Virus record (IMG/VR): IMGVR_UViG_3300032220_001356
Span: 1-64,000 of that record
Length of the DNA: 64,000 nucleotides
Origin: a virus
Direction: 5' to 3' (one strand)
Within the stretch, counting starts at the first letter, position 1. Every line of letters begins with the position of its first letter. Below, piece by piece: positions 25,105 through 34,641 of the stretch. Under the pieces are notes generated by a model, which worked only from the letters and a program-made list of their open reading frames with translations, was not told where the DNA came from and did not search any database. The position numbers and the translations under genes were made by a program.

Positions 25105-25644
25105 TTGAGGACCGAAACCCGTCGTCAGCGTTATAACAACAAGATTAATACTGCACAAAAGTATCCAATTTCAATCGCAACTATTAATTTTATGTGTGAT
25201 GAAAATCTTGCTTATGTTGTTAGAACAGCAGGATGTTTTGGTCTAACAGATGTTCATGTAATTGGCTCTATTCCAGAATACAGAGAAATGCGAAAGTATT
25301 CTGGCACATTGAACAATTATGTACAAATGCATCAATATAAGAATCCACATGAGTTTCTTGTTGCGATGAAGAACAAGGGAATCAAGCTTGTTTCACTTGA
25401 ACTTTGTGATGGTGCATCAAATATTGAAGATTATAATTTTGATTTCAATGAACACATTTGTATTATAACAGGACACGAAACCACGGGAGTACCAGCAGAA
25501 ATTCTTGCGAATTCTGATAAGGTTTATATTCCTATGGATGGTATTGGCTATTCGTTGAACACAAGTCAAGCCGCGAATATTGCTGCCTATGAAGCAGTTA
25601 AGCAATATAAGCGTATGTCTTTTGGTATTCGTCAAGCTATTTAA
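25105..25644 (+). CDS. SpoU/TrmH-family SPOUT RNA 2'-O-methyltransferase
   Basis: NLAYVVRTAGCFG (motif 1), IITGHETTGVP (motif 2), VYIPMDGIGYSLNTSQA (motif 3). Confidence 0.9.
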   Translation: MRTETRRQRYNNKINTAQKYPISIATINFMCDENLAYVVRTAGCFGLTDVHVIGSIPEYREMRKYSGTLNNYVQMHQYKNPHEFLVAMKNKGIKLVSLELCDGASNIEDYNFDFNEHICIITGHETTGVPAEILANSDKVYIPMDGIGYSLNTSQAANIAAYEAVKQYKRMSFGIRQAI

Positions 25645-25649
25645 GCAAC

Positions 25650-25889
25650 ATGACGCTTGACGTTTACAAAGGGACAAAATGTGTTTTAACTAATTTAGGA
25701 CATTATAATTTTTATTATATGTCAAATTATATTACTGAATTTAATAGAGATTGCATTGTTAGAACAAAACCTTTTGTTGATTCTCAAAATAAAAACTTTT
25801 TAGCTGTTGAAACAGAAATGAAAAATATAGGTTTGTATGAAAACGAATCAACAAACAATGAATCAATAATAGTTTGGATCGAGAAGTAA
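25650..25889 (+). CDS. Hypothetical protein
   Basis: 79-aa ORF ending at a terminator; start uncertain. Confidence 0.5.
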   Translation: MTLDVYKGTKCVLTNLGHYNFYYMSNYITEFNRDCIVRTKPFVDSQNKNFLAVETEMKNIGLYENESTNNESIIVWIEK

Positions 25890-25891
25890 AT

Positions 25892-25915
25892 AAAACCCCC
25901 GAAAGGGGGTTTTTT
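25892..25915 (+). terminator. Intrinsic terminator
   Basis: AAAACCCCC-GAAA-GGGGGTTTTTT. Confidence 0.85.
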
Positions 25916-25971
25916 ATTTGACATATCAAAAAAGATGTTATATTGCTATTTATAGTATCAACGGATTTTAA

Positions 25972-27288
25972 ATGGCAAAAAAGACATACGTTTTGGATAC
26001 GAGTGCTTTATTAACCGATAGTGATTGTATAAATAATGGATTTGCAAACAACGATATATTAATTCCATTAAAAGTATTAGAAGAATTAGATAAACATAAG
26101 AAGAGACAAGATTTAGTTGGCGCTAATTCAAGAAAAGTTATTAGAACTCTTGATTCGTTGCGTGCTAAAGGCTCTTTGTATGAGGGCGTGAGATTAGGAA
26201 AAGGCAAGGGAATATTGGTTGTAAAAAGTTACAATCACTCAATGAATTTTCCACCAGACTTAGATTTATCTGTTCCAGACCATCAAATACTTGCTGTTGC
26301 TTTGAGCGAAAAAGAAGCAGGAGCAAAAGTAATTGTTGTTTCTAACGATATCAACATGAGAGTTATCTGTGATTCTATTGGTATGGAATCAGAAGATATG
26401 AATCCAGAAAAAGTAGTTGAAAGCTCTTCAAGTCTTTATACTGGTTTTGTTGATGTTATTGTTGATGATGAATTTATTGATAGATTTTATGAAAATGAAA
26501 ATCTTGTTCTTCCAGAGCAAAAAGAAAAATTATTTGCCAATCAATATCTAATGCTTACCTCTTCGTTAAATAACAAGAAGACAGCATTGGCAAAGTTTGT
26601 TGCTCCAAATCTTCCATTAGCAAGATTAGTACCATTTGGAAAGAAAGGTATCAATGGAATCAAACCAAGAAATAAAGAACAATCTTTTGCTCTTGATTTA
26701 CTGATGAATCCAGAAGTTCCATTAGTTTCTATTGTTGGTAAGGCTGGTTGTGGAAAGACGATGCTTGCAATAGCAGCGGGTCTGGAGCAAACGATTGGAT
26801 TAGACAACAAATACTCACGTTTAATTGTTTCGCGTCCTGTACAGCCAATGGGTAAGGATATTGGCTTCCTTCCCGGCACATTAGAAGAGAAAATGTCTCC
26901 TTGGCTTCGTCCAATTCAAGACAACTTACAATTCTTGATGGGTAACGACAAAATAACTCTTGATATGTATATGCAAAAAGGAGTTATTGAGATTGAAGCT
27001 ATCACATATATCCGTGGTCGTTCAATTTCTAATGCGTACATCATAATCGATGAAGCACAAAATCTTTCAATGCACGAAATTAAGACCATTATTACCAGAG
27101 TTGGTGAAAATTCAAAAGTTGTTTTAACTGGTGACATTGAACAAATTGATAATGTCTATGTTGACGAAACCACAAACGGACTTACATATGTAGCTGAAAA
27201 GTTTAAACCATATGATTTGGCAGGACACGTAACGTTAATGAACGGCGAACGCTCAAAAGTTGCCACACTTGCTTCTCGTATTCTCTAG
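25972..27288 (+). CDS. phoH: PIN-PhoH family protein
   Basis: PIN motifs VLDTS, ELD and SNDINMR; Walker A GKAGCGKT, IGFLPG, IRGRS, IIDEAQN, GDIEQID. Confidence 0.92.
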   Translation: MAKKTYVLDTSALLTDSDCINNGFANNDILIPLKVLEELDKHKKRQDLVGANSRKVIRTLDSLRAKGSLYEGVRLGKGKGILVVKSYNHSMNFPPDLDLSVPDHQILAVALSEKEAGAKVIVVSNDINMRVICDSIGMESEDMNPEKVVESSSSLYTGFVDVIVDDEFIDRFYENENLVLPEQKEKLFANQYLMLTSSLNNKKTALAKFVAPNLPLARLVPFGKKGINGIKPRNKEQSFALDLLMNPEVPLVSIVGKAGCGKTMLAIAAGLEQTIGLDNKYSRLIVSRPVQPMGKDIGFLPGTLEEKMSPWLRPIQDNLQFLMGNDKITLDMYMQKGVIEIEAITYIRGRSISNAYIIIDEAQNLSMHEIKTIITRVGENSKVVLTGDIEQIDNVYVDETTNGLTYVAEKFKPYDLAGHVTLMNGERSKVATLASRIL

Positions 27289-27370
27289 AGTAAAAAATAA
27301 GTTAATTTTATTTAAAGATGGGCATTATTTTTTTGATGAAAAAATTAATAATTTGTTAAAGATACTATAA

Positions 27371-28054
27371 ATGAAAACAATAATTGAATCAATGAAAGAC
27401 AAAAATGATAAAATAATTAAAAAGCTAAAAGACAGAAGACTTTTTAACAGAATCTATGTTTGGGAAAAAGATCCTGTTTCTCCAGAAGTAGACATAGATT
27501 TGGGATTACAAAAAATAATCAAGCTTTTACCTAAAAATTATTTTAACAATATTGATAGTATTTTTATTGGTCAATTCCCAGAATTAAACAAAAGAAATTT
27601 AAATGCACTTTATCAAGATAATGCAATTTATATTTCTAATAATATTTTTAGTACACAAGAACTTATGAAAAATTTAGTTCATGAATTAGCACATGCTGTT
27701 CATGATGAATATTGTGATGCAATAGATGAAAACGATGCAGTCATAGATGAATTTTTCATTAAAAGAAGACAATTGAAAAAAATATTACACTTAAATGGCT
27801 ACAAGACAGAACAACAAAATTTTGAAAACGTTGAATATGACCCAAATTTTGATACTTATTTGTATCAAGAAATTGGTTATCCTATTATGCATACGCTAAC
27901 AACAAATTTGTTTGTCTCTCCATATGCCGCAACATCATATAAAGAATATTTTGCTAATGGTTTTGAGCATTATTATTTAAACGATTTTACATCCGTTAAA
28001 CAAATAAGTCCAAAACTTTACAAATTAATAAATGTTTTAGAAAGTTTAGAATAA
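27371..28054 (+). CDS. Zincin-like (HELAH) hypothetical protein
   Basis: VHELAHAV...YAATSYKEYFANGFE. Confidence 0.72.
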   Translation: MKTIIESMKDKNDKIIKKLKDRRLFNRIYVWEKDPVSPEVDIDLGLQKIIKLLPKNYFNNIDSIFIGQFPELNKRNLNALYQDNAIYISNNIFSTQELMKNLVHELAHAVHDEYCDAIDENDAVIDEFFIKRRQLKKILHLNGYKTEQQNFENVEYDPNFDTYLYQEIGYPIMHTLTTNLFVSPYAATSYKEYFANGFEHYYLNDFTSVKQISPKLYKLINVLESLE

Positions 28055-28063
28055 GGAAATAAA

Positions 28064-28324
28064 ATGGAAAAAAGCGAATCTTTAATGCAAGAAGTAAAAG
28101 CCGAAAACCCAATGAAAGAGTGGTTAGTTAATTATGTCGGCAATAAACTAAAACCAGAAGATGGAAGAGTTTCAGTAGAAATGATAATTACTGCAATGGC
28201 AGACGAATTTCCAGATTTTGTGCTTGCTTTAGCAGAAGAAAACTTTATTCGTGGCTATCAGCAGGCATTGTATGACGTAGATTACAATCCACCACAAGAA
28301 AAACAAGAAAACGTTGAATCTTAA
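28064..28324 (+). CDS. Hypothetical protein
   Basis: 86-aa ORF with AAGGA RBS. Confidence 0.7.
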   Translation: MEKSESLMQEVKAENPMKEWLVNYVGNKLKPEDGRVSVEMIITAMADEFPDFVLALAEENFIRGYQQALYDVDYNPPQEKQENVES

Positions 28325-28361
28325 ACACCTGTATGTTATAATTTAAAAACATACAGGTGTT
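28314..28361 (+). promoter_or_regulatory. Sigma70-like promoter embedded in an RBS-sequestering hairpin
   Basis: TTGAAT-N17-TATAAT (28314-28342); perfect 14-bp arms at 28324-28337 and 28348-28361 that include AGGTG. Confidence 0.68.
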
Positions 28362-28364
28362 GTT

Positions 28365-29129
28365 TTGCCACACATTTCCTTTTCGGAATTAAAAACTTGG
28401 TCTGAGTGTCCTTATAAACGTAAACTTGTTTATGAAGATAAAATAAAAGTATTTACTGCAAATGAATACACAATTTTTGGAACATCTGTTCACGAAACTT
28501 GTGAAAAGTCTCTACTTAAGGAAATAAGGGAGGAAGATTGTGGCAATTATTTTGAAACCAACTTTAAAAATGCGGTGGAAGAGGCAAAAGTACAAGCTTC
28601 ATTTGACGAAAACCTTGTCGCAGATATGGTTTTGCAAGGTAAAGCAATCTTCAACGATCTTTTTCCAGCAATTGTGGAATATCTGGGTGAATACGAAGTC
28701 GTTTCATCAGAAGAAGACCTATTAGAGCTTATTAAAGAAGATTACAACTTTAAGGGTTTTATCGATTTGGTACTCAAAACACCAGATGGTAAGTATCATA
28801 TTGTCGATTTTAAGACTTGTTCATGGGGTTGGGATATGAAAAAGAAATCCGACCCTATGGTTACATACCAATTGACATATTACAAGGAATTCTTTGCTAA
28901 AAAGCATAATATTCCACTTGATAACATTGAAACTCATTTTTGTCTTTTGAAGCGAACTACAAAAAAGAGTAGAGTTGAGTTTTTCCGTGTTTCAAGTGGA
29001 AAAAAGAAGATGGAAAATGCAAATAATCTATTGACAAAAGCAATTTCTAGTATTATTAGTAAAAAACATATTAAAAATCGTCTTTCTTGTAATGGATGCG
29101 AGTTTTATAAAACAGAATTTTGTAAGTAA
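28365..29129 (+). CDS. PD-(D/E)XK nuclease, Cas4/RecB-like
   Basis: HISFS...ECP, GTSVH, GFIDLV...IVDFKT, QLTYY, and C-terminal CNGC...C. Confidence 0.88.
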   Translation: MPHISFSELKTWSECPYKRKLVYEDKIKVFTANEYTIFGTSVHETCEKSLLKEIREEDCGNYFETNFKNAVEEAKVQASFDENLVADMVLQGKAIFNDLFPAIVEYLGEYEVVSSEEDLLELIKEDYNFKGFIDLVLKTPDGKYHIVDFKTCSWGWDMKKKSDPMVTYQLTYYKEFFAKKHNIPLDNIETHFCLLKRTTKKSRVEFFRVSSGKKKMENANNLLTKAISSIISKKHIKNRLSCNGCEFYKTEFCK

Positions 29130-29134
29130 TAGTA

Positions 29135-29178
29135 GTTTGAGTTCCAACACTACTATTTACTAGTGTAGGAACTCAAAC
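29135..29178 (+). promoter_or_regulatory. Hairpin with late motif CTATTTA in its loop, upstream of the HNH gene
   Basis: 17/18-bp arms at 29135-29152 and 29161-29178; loop CTATTTAC; AGGA in the 3' arm. Confidence 0.72.
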
Positions 29179-29186
29179 GTAAACGA

Positions 29187-29807
29187 ATGAATAAAGTTTG
29201 TATTATATGTAACAAGGAGTATGAAGCCAAGAATTGGGCTTCAAAAACTTGTTCTAATGAATGTAGGTTACAGCATAATAATAATAGAAAAAAGAAAACT
29301 ATTCAAAATCATTTAGAAACATTTAATTGTAAGTTTTGTAATAAAGAAGTTATTCGTTATAGAATAAGAAATGGTTTTTGTTCCCGTTCTTGTGCATCAA
29401 AAATGTATATACAAAATGGTACATATAAAAATTGGATAAAATTTATACCAAAAAAAAGAACAGAAGAACAAAAAATAAATCACAAACTAAGAAAAAATGT
29501 TTCTAAAATAATTAGATTTTATTTATTTAAGCAATTGATTCCAAAAAGTTCTTCTACATGGAAAAAGTTACCATACACACCAGAAGAACTTAGAAAACAT
29601 CTTGAAAAACAATTTGATGAAAATATGAATTGGGAAAATTATGGAATTTATTGGCATATTGACCATATTTATCCACAATCAAAATTGTTGTTTCAAAGTT
29701 TTGATGATGAAAATTTTATAAAATGTTGGTCATTAGATAATTTAAGGCCATTAGAAAAGATTGAAAATATAAAAAAAAGTAACAGGATAATAGATGAAAA
29801 AAATTAA
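29187..29807 (+). CDS. HNH homing endonuclease with N-terminal zinc fingers
   Basis: CxxC...CS..C twice; MNWENYG..WHIDHIYP...NLRPL...N..K. Confidence 0.85.
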   Translation: MNKVCIICNKEYEAKNWASKTCSNECRLQHNNNRKKKTIQNHLETFNCKFCNKEVIRYRIRNGFCSRSCASKMYIQNGTYKNWIKFIPKKRTEEQKINHKLRKNVSKIIRFYLFKQLIPKSSSTWKKLPYTPEELRKHLEKQFDENMNWENYGIYWHIDHIYPQSKLLFQSFDDENFIKCWSLDNLRPLEKIENIKKSNRIIDEKN

Positions 29808-31041
29808 AATTCTTACTCTGAGCGACCACCCTTTCTCTCCTTCTGGCGTTGCTCATATGTCCAAAAATATTATTGAAGGTATGTTGGCTACCGGAAAGTA
29901 TCAATTTATATCTTTTGGTGGTGCTATCAAACATCAAGACTATCGACCACAAAAAACCGAACAATGGAAAGATGATTGGGTTATTTTTCCAGTTGATGGA
30001 TATGGTTCGCAAGAGATGATTCGTTCTGTTCTGAGAACAGAACGTCCAGATATTATATGGTTTATGACTGACCCTCGTTTTTGGGGATGGTTATGGCAAA
30101 TGGAAAACGAAATTAGACCAAATGTACCTATGGTGTACTACCATGTTTGGGATAATTATCCATATCCAACATTTAATAGAAAGTTTTATCTTTCAAATGA
30201 CCATATTGCAACCATTTCAAAACTTTCAGATGATATTGTTGCAAATGTAGCACCAGAAGTTGAAAGAACTTATGTTCCACACGCTGTTGACACAAATATC
30301 TTCAAAAGACTTTCGGAACAAGAAATAGAAAAGTTTAAAAAAGAAACTCTCAATATTCAAGACGATAGATTTATTTTCTTCTGGAACAATAGAAACGCAA
30401 GACGCAAACAATCTGGTTCTGTTATGTGGTGGTTTGCTGAATTTTTGAAGAAAACAAATAAAAAAGCAACTCTTATTATGCATACCGAAGTTAAAGATCA
30501 AAACGGACAAGATTTGGTTGCTATTATGAACGAATTAGGGCTTACAAATAGAGAAATTCTTTTTTCTCAACAAAAGATGCCACCACAAAATCTAGCTTAC
30601 TTTTATAATTTAGCAGATGCAACAATTAACATCTCAGACGCAGAAGGCTTTGGACTTGCAACTCTTGAATCTCTTGCTTGTGAAACACCAATCATTGTTA
30701 CAAAAACTGGTGGACTACAAGACCAAATTAGAAATGAAAAAGGAATTTTTGGAATTGAAATAGAACCATCATCAAGAGCAGTAATTGGTTCACAAGATGT
30801 ACCATTTATTTATGAAGACAGAATCAGCCAAGAACAATTTGTTAGTGCTTTAGATACTTTTACAAATATTCCTAAAGAACAAAGAAAAACAATTGGACAA
30901 CTTGGTAGAGAACACGTTATGAGTAATTTTAACTTCGCTGATTTTATTAAGCGTTGGGATAATATATTTACTGACATTTATACCAATAAGGGCTCTTGGC
31001 CCAACAAATCATACAAAGCTTGGGAATTGAAGGAAATCTAA
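29794..31041 (+). CDS. Glycosyltransferase, GT4 (GT-B)
   Basis: PSGV N-terminus; RKQ; EGFGLATLESLAC. Confidence 0.9.
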   Translation: MKKIKILTLSDHPFSPSGVAHMSKNIIEGMLATGKYQFISFGGAIKHQDYRPQKTEQWKDDWVIFPVDGYGSQEMIRSVLRTERPDIIWFMTDPRFWGWLWQMENEIRPNVPMVYYHVWDNYPYPTFNRKFYLSNDHIATISKLSDDIVANVAPEVERTYVPHAVDTNIFKRLSEQEIEKFKKETLNIQDDRFIFFWNNRNARRKQSGSVMWWFAEFLKKTNKKATLIMHTEVKDQNGQDLVAIMNELGLTNREILFSQQKMPPQNLAYFYNLADATINISDAEGFGLATLESLACETPIIVTKTGGLQDQIRNEKGIFGIEIEPSSRAVIGSQDVPFIYEDRISQEQFVSALDTFTNIPKEQRKTIGQLGREHVMSNFNFADFIKRWDNIFTDIYTNKGSWPNKSYKAWELKEI

Positions 31042-33005
31042 TGAAAAAGAAAATATTAGTAACAGGTCCAGCACTTACTGCCTCTGGATATGGCGAACAA
31101 TCTAGATTTGCATTGAGAGCACTACGTTCAAGAGAAGATTTATTCGATATTTATCTTGCTGCTACTCCTTGGGGACAATGTGGCTGGATTCATGAAGATA
31201 ACGAAGAAAGAGCATGGTTAGATAGTTTAATTATTAAAAATGCTCAGTACAATCAAGCTTCTAATGGACAACCACAATATGATATGTCGTTGCAAATTTC
31301 AATTCCCAACGAATGGAAAAAGCTAGCACCAATTAATATTGGATATACAGCAGGTATTGAAACTAATAAGATTTCTCCTCATTGGATTCAACCATCCAAT
31401 CAAATGGATAAAATTATTGTTGTATCTAACTTTGCAAAGAAAGGATTTGAAAACGGAGTCTATACTGCCACAGATCAAAGAACAGGTCAACAAATCCAAA
31501 ACTTTAGATGCAATGCACCAATAGAGGTAGTTAATTACCCTGTTCGTCGCTTTGAATCAAGTGAGTTAGAACTAAATCTAACAACAGATTTTAATTTCCT
31601 TGTCGTCGCTCAAGGAGGACCAAGAAAGAATCTAGCAAATACACTCAAATGGTTTGTGGAAGAATTTAAAAACGATGAAAACGTTGGTTTAATTTGCAAG
31701 ACTCATACTGCTGGTTCTTCTCAAATTGATCGAGAAATGACAACGAATGCAATCAAGAATATCCTTGCAGAGCACACAGATAAGAAATGCAAAGTATACG
31801 TCCTCCACGGCGATATGAGCGAAGCAGAAATGGCAGGGCTCTATACCCATCCAAAAGTAAAAGCGTTGCTCTCGTTGTCTCACGGAGAGGGTTTTGGGCT
31901 TCCAATATTTGAGGCAGCATACTACGGACTTCCAGTTATCACGACTGAGTGGTCTGGTCCTATGGACTTTATGTATTGTCCAAATAAAGAAGGTAAAGTT
32001 AAACCACACTTTGCAAGAGTTGATTTTACGCTTGGACCAATCCAACAAGAAGCAGTTTGGCAAGGTGTATTAGAAAAAGATACAATGTGGGCTTTCCCAA
32101 ATCATCTTTCTGCCAAAGAAGCAATGAGAGAAGTTTATAAGAATCACGATAGATTCCGTGGTCAAGCAAAACGTCTTGCTGCTCATGTTGAAAAACAATT
32201 TTCAAATGACAAAATGAACGAATTATTTGTTCAACAAGTATATGGTAAAAAAGTAGAAAAATTTGATATCAATAGTCTACCAAAAATTTCATTAATTTCT
32301 TCTGTTTATAATTCAGATGAATATATCGAACAGTTTATGGAAGATATTACAAGACAATCAATCTTTAAAGATAAATGTGAGTGGATTATTATCAATGCAA
32401 ATTCTCCCGGCAATGAAGAAGAAGTTATTATGCGTTATGTTAACAAATATCCAAACATAATATACAAGCGTCTTGATTCGGACCCCGGTATTTATGCTAC
32501 TTGGAATATGGCAATTAAAATGTCTACAGGAGAGTTTATAACAAACGCAAATACTGACGATAGAAAATCACCAAACTCTTTGCTAGAACATGCAAAAACG
32601 CTTTTCCTAAATAAAGAAATCGACTTGGCATATTCCGATAGTTATATCACTCACGAAGCCAACAAAAGATGGGAAGATATAGATAAAAATAACTGTCAAC
32701 GCTATAACTTTGAACAATTTTCACCCAAAGCAATGTTGAGAGGAAATTTGCCACATAACAATCCAATGTGGAGAAGAAGTTTGCACGAAAAATTTGGTTT
32801 TTTCAATGAAAACTATCGTTCTGCATCAGATTGGGAATTTTGGCTAACTTGTGCTGCTGGTGGCTCCAAATTTATAAAGTGTGATATTCCATTAGGTATT
32901 TATTACTTCAATCCAAAAGGAATTTCAACAAATTTTGAAAACTTTTCTTGGAAACAAAAAGAAGAAGAGGAAATTTATACAAAATTTAGTAAGTTGATTA
33001 AATAA
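31041..33005 (+). CDS. GT4 + GT2 glycosyltransferase fusion
   Basis: RKN and EGFGLPIFEA (GT4); ISLISSVYNS, GIYATWN, NTDD and SDWEFW (GT2); start at TAATG overlap. Confidence 0.88.
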   Translation: MKKKILVTGPALTASGYGEQSRFALRALRSREDLFDIYLAATPWGQCGWIHEDNEERAWLDSLIIKNAQYNQASNGQPQYDMSLQISIPNEWKKLAPINIGYTAGIETNKISPHWIQPSNQMDKIIVVSNFAKKGFENGVYTATDQRTGQQIQNFRCNAPIEVVNYPVRRFESSELELNLTTDFNFLVVAQGGPRKNLANTLKWFVEEFKNDENVGLICKTHTAGSSQIDREMTTNAIKNILAEHTDKKCKVYVLHGDMSEAEMAGLYTHPKVKALLSLSHGEGFGLPIFEAAYYGLPVITTEWSGPMDFMYCPNKEGKVKPHFARVDFTLGPIQQEAVWQGVLEKDTMWAFPNHLSAKEAMREVYKNHDRFRGQAKRLAAHVEKQFSNDKMNELFVQQVYGKKVEKFDINSLPKISLISSVYNSDEYIEQFMEDITRQSIFKDKCEWIIINANSPGNEEEVIMRYVNKYPNIIYKRLDSDPGIYATWNMAIKMSTGEFITNANTDDRKSPNSLLEHAKTLFLNKEIDLAYSDSYITHEANKRWEDIDKNNCQRYNFEQFSPKAMLRGNLPHNNPMWRRSLHEKFGFFNENYRSASDWEFWLTCAAGGSKFIKCDIPLGIYYFNPKGISTNFENFSWKQKEEEEIYTKFSKLIK

Positions 33006-33853
33006 TGAAAGTTATTTCGTATTCTTTATTTGAACCAAAACAACTACCTTTACATAGAGAGTGGGACAAGTGGAAAACAGAAAATCAAAGATATTGGTTT
33101 AATATACCAACAGTTATTTTATTAAATAAAATTATATATCCAGATTATGTTTCAAAATTTTATTTGTCTCCAAATGTTTTTGAAAATCCTTTAAGTGAAA
33201 TTTTTAATATTTTTGAAGTTGAATATGAAGTAATCCAAAGAGAGTACAATTTTACCGAACCTGCTATCTGGAGAATGATGCCTCTTTGGGAAAGAGGCGT
33301 TGAAATATTCCATTCTAGAGATATTGATTCGTTAACCTCAGAAAATGAATATAGATATATAAAATCATTTGAAAATTCTGAATGTTGCGTTGGTACAATA
33401 AGAAGTCACGAAAATCATTATAATTTACCTTGTCGTATGCTTGCTGGTCTTTCTAGTTTTAAGCCAAACAAAATTCCTTTTTCTATAAAAGGTATTAATT
33501 TTGATATGTATTATTCTATGAAAGACAGCAATTATGGTTCCGACCAAAACTTGTTAATTAAAACATTTACGTTCAACGAGGAATTTACAAAATCTAATTT
33601 TTTAGATTGTAAAATAGATAGACAATTTAATAAGCAAGATTTTAATTGCTTAGAGGCAAACTTAAACAGCATAGAAATTAATAAAAAAATTGATACTATT
33701 TTCAAAAAAATAAAACAAACTACCAACACTACTTGGCTTGGAGAACCCTGCGATTCTAGAGGAGAATTGTTAAATTATTTGCTTAATGAAAGAAATGATA
33801 TTAGATTAAAAATTGCAAATAATAAAAATTTGTCACTATTTTACAAGGTTTAA
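33005..33853 (+). CDS. Glycosylation-cluster protein, possible GT-A-like enzyme
   Basis: ISYSLF...WRMMPL...SRDIDS...YGSDQ. Confidence 0.6.
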   Translation: MKVISYSLFEPKQLPLHREWDKWKTENQRYWFNIPTVILLNKIIYPDYVSKFYLSPNVFENPLSEIFNIFEVEYEVIQREYNFTEPAIWRMMPLWERGVEIFHSRDIDSLTSENEYRYIKSFENSECCVGTIRSHENHYNLPCRMLAGLSSFKPNKIPFSIKGINFDMYYSMKDSNYGSDQNLLIKTFTFNEEFTKSNFLDCKIDRQFNKQDFNCLEANLNSIEINKKIDTIFKKIKQTTNTTWLGEPCDSRGELLNYLLNERNDIRLKIANNKNLSLFYKV

Positions 33854-33855
33854 CA

Positions 33856-34641
33856 ATGAGAATTTTTGTCGGCAAACAAACACCAGAACACAAGAGAGAC
33901 ACATCCAGAGAATTAATGGATATCTGGAAAGAAATGGGATTGTGTGAAATTATCGAAGGTGAAGTCGAGGATTATTTTATTTGGGCCAATGAGCCAAATG
34001 GAACTTTACTATACGAATATGACCGATGGGATGTATTTCCTTTATTGCCACCTATATGGAAAAAAGGTTTATTTGCAGGTATGCAACATCCAAATGGAAT
34101 GCCTTGGATATATTGGGGAAGAAGACCAAAAATGTTGCATTCTAAAATAGAAAGCGGTTTAAAGTCATACGACACCAGACAAATTGAATCCATTTTTCTT
34201 GGAAAAGTAGAAAACGGCATTCAATTAAACAATAGAACCACCCATGATTGGTCTAAATCAATAGAATTGTTTAGTATGCCAATTAAGATGGGAGATAGTT
34301 TTAATTGGCCTTTTACACAAGAAGAATATTTAAACAAAGTCGCTGACTCTAAGTTTGGTCTTTGTCTTGCTGGATATGGTCCAAAATGCAATAGAGAAAT
34401 AGAGTATTTAGGTCTTGGTGTTGTTCCAATTATTACTGAAAATGTATGTGTAAAATACCACGACCCACTTATTGAAGGTATGCATTACTTCAAAGTTTCA
34501 AACTCAGACCAAATAGATAAAACAATCAAAGAATGTTCGAAAGATAGATGGGAATATATGTCTTATAATTGTAAAAAATGGTACAATAAAAACTGTTCCC
34601 CTCTTGGGTCTTTTGAAACAACATACAATATATTAAAATAA
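33856..34641 (+). CDS. Exostosin/GT47-like glycosyltransferase
   Basis: YL...SKFGLCLAGYG...REIEYLGLGVVPI. Confidence 0.68.
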   Translation: MRIFVGKQTPEHKRDTSRELMDIWKEMGLCEIIEGEVEDYFIWANEPNGTLLYEYDRWDVFPLLPPIWKKGLFAGMQHPNGMPWIYWGRRPKMLHSKIESGLKSYDTRQIESIFLGKVENGIQLNNRTTHDWSKSIELFSMPIKMGDSFNWPFTQEEYLNKVADSKFGLCLAGYGPKCNREIEYLGLGVVPIITENVCVKYHDPLIEGMHYFKVSNSDQIDKTIKECSKDRWEYMSYNCKKWYNKNCSPLGSFETTYNILK

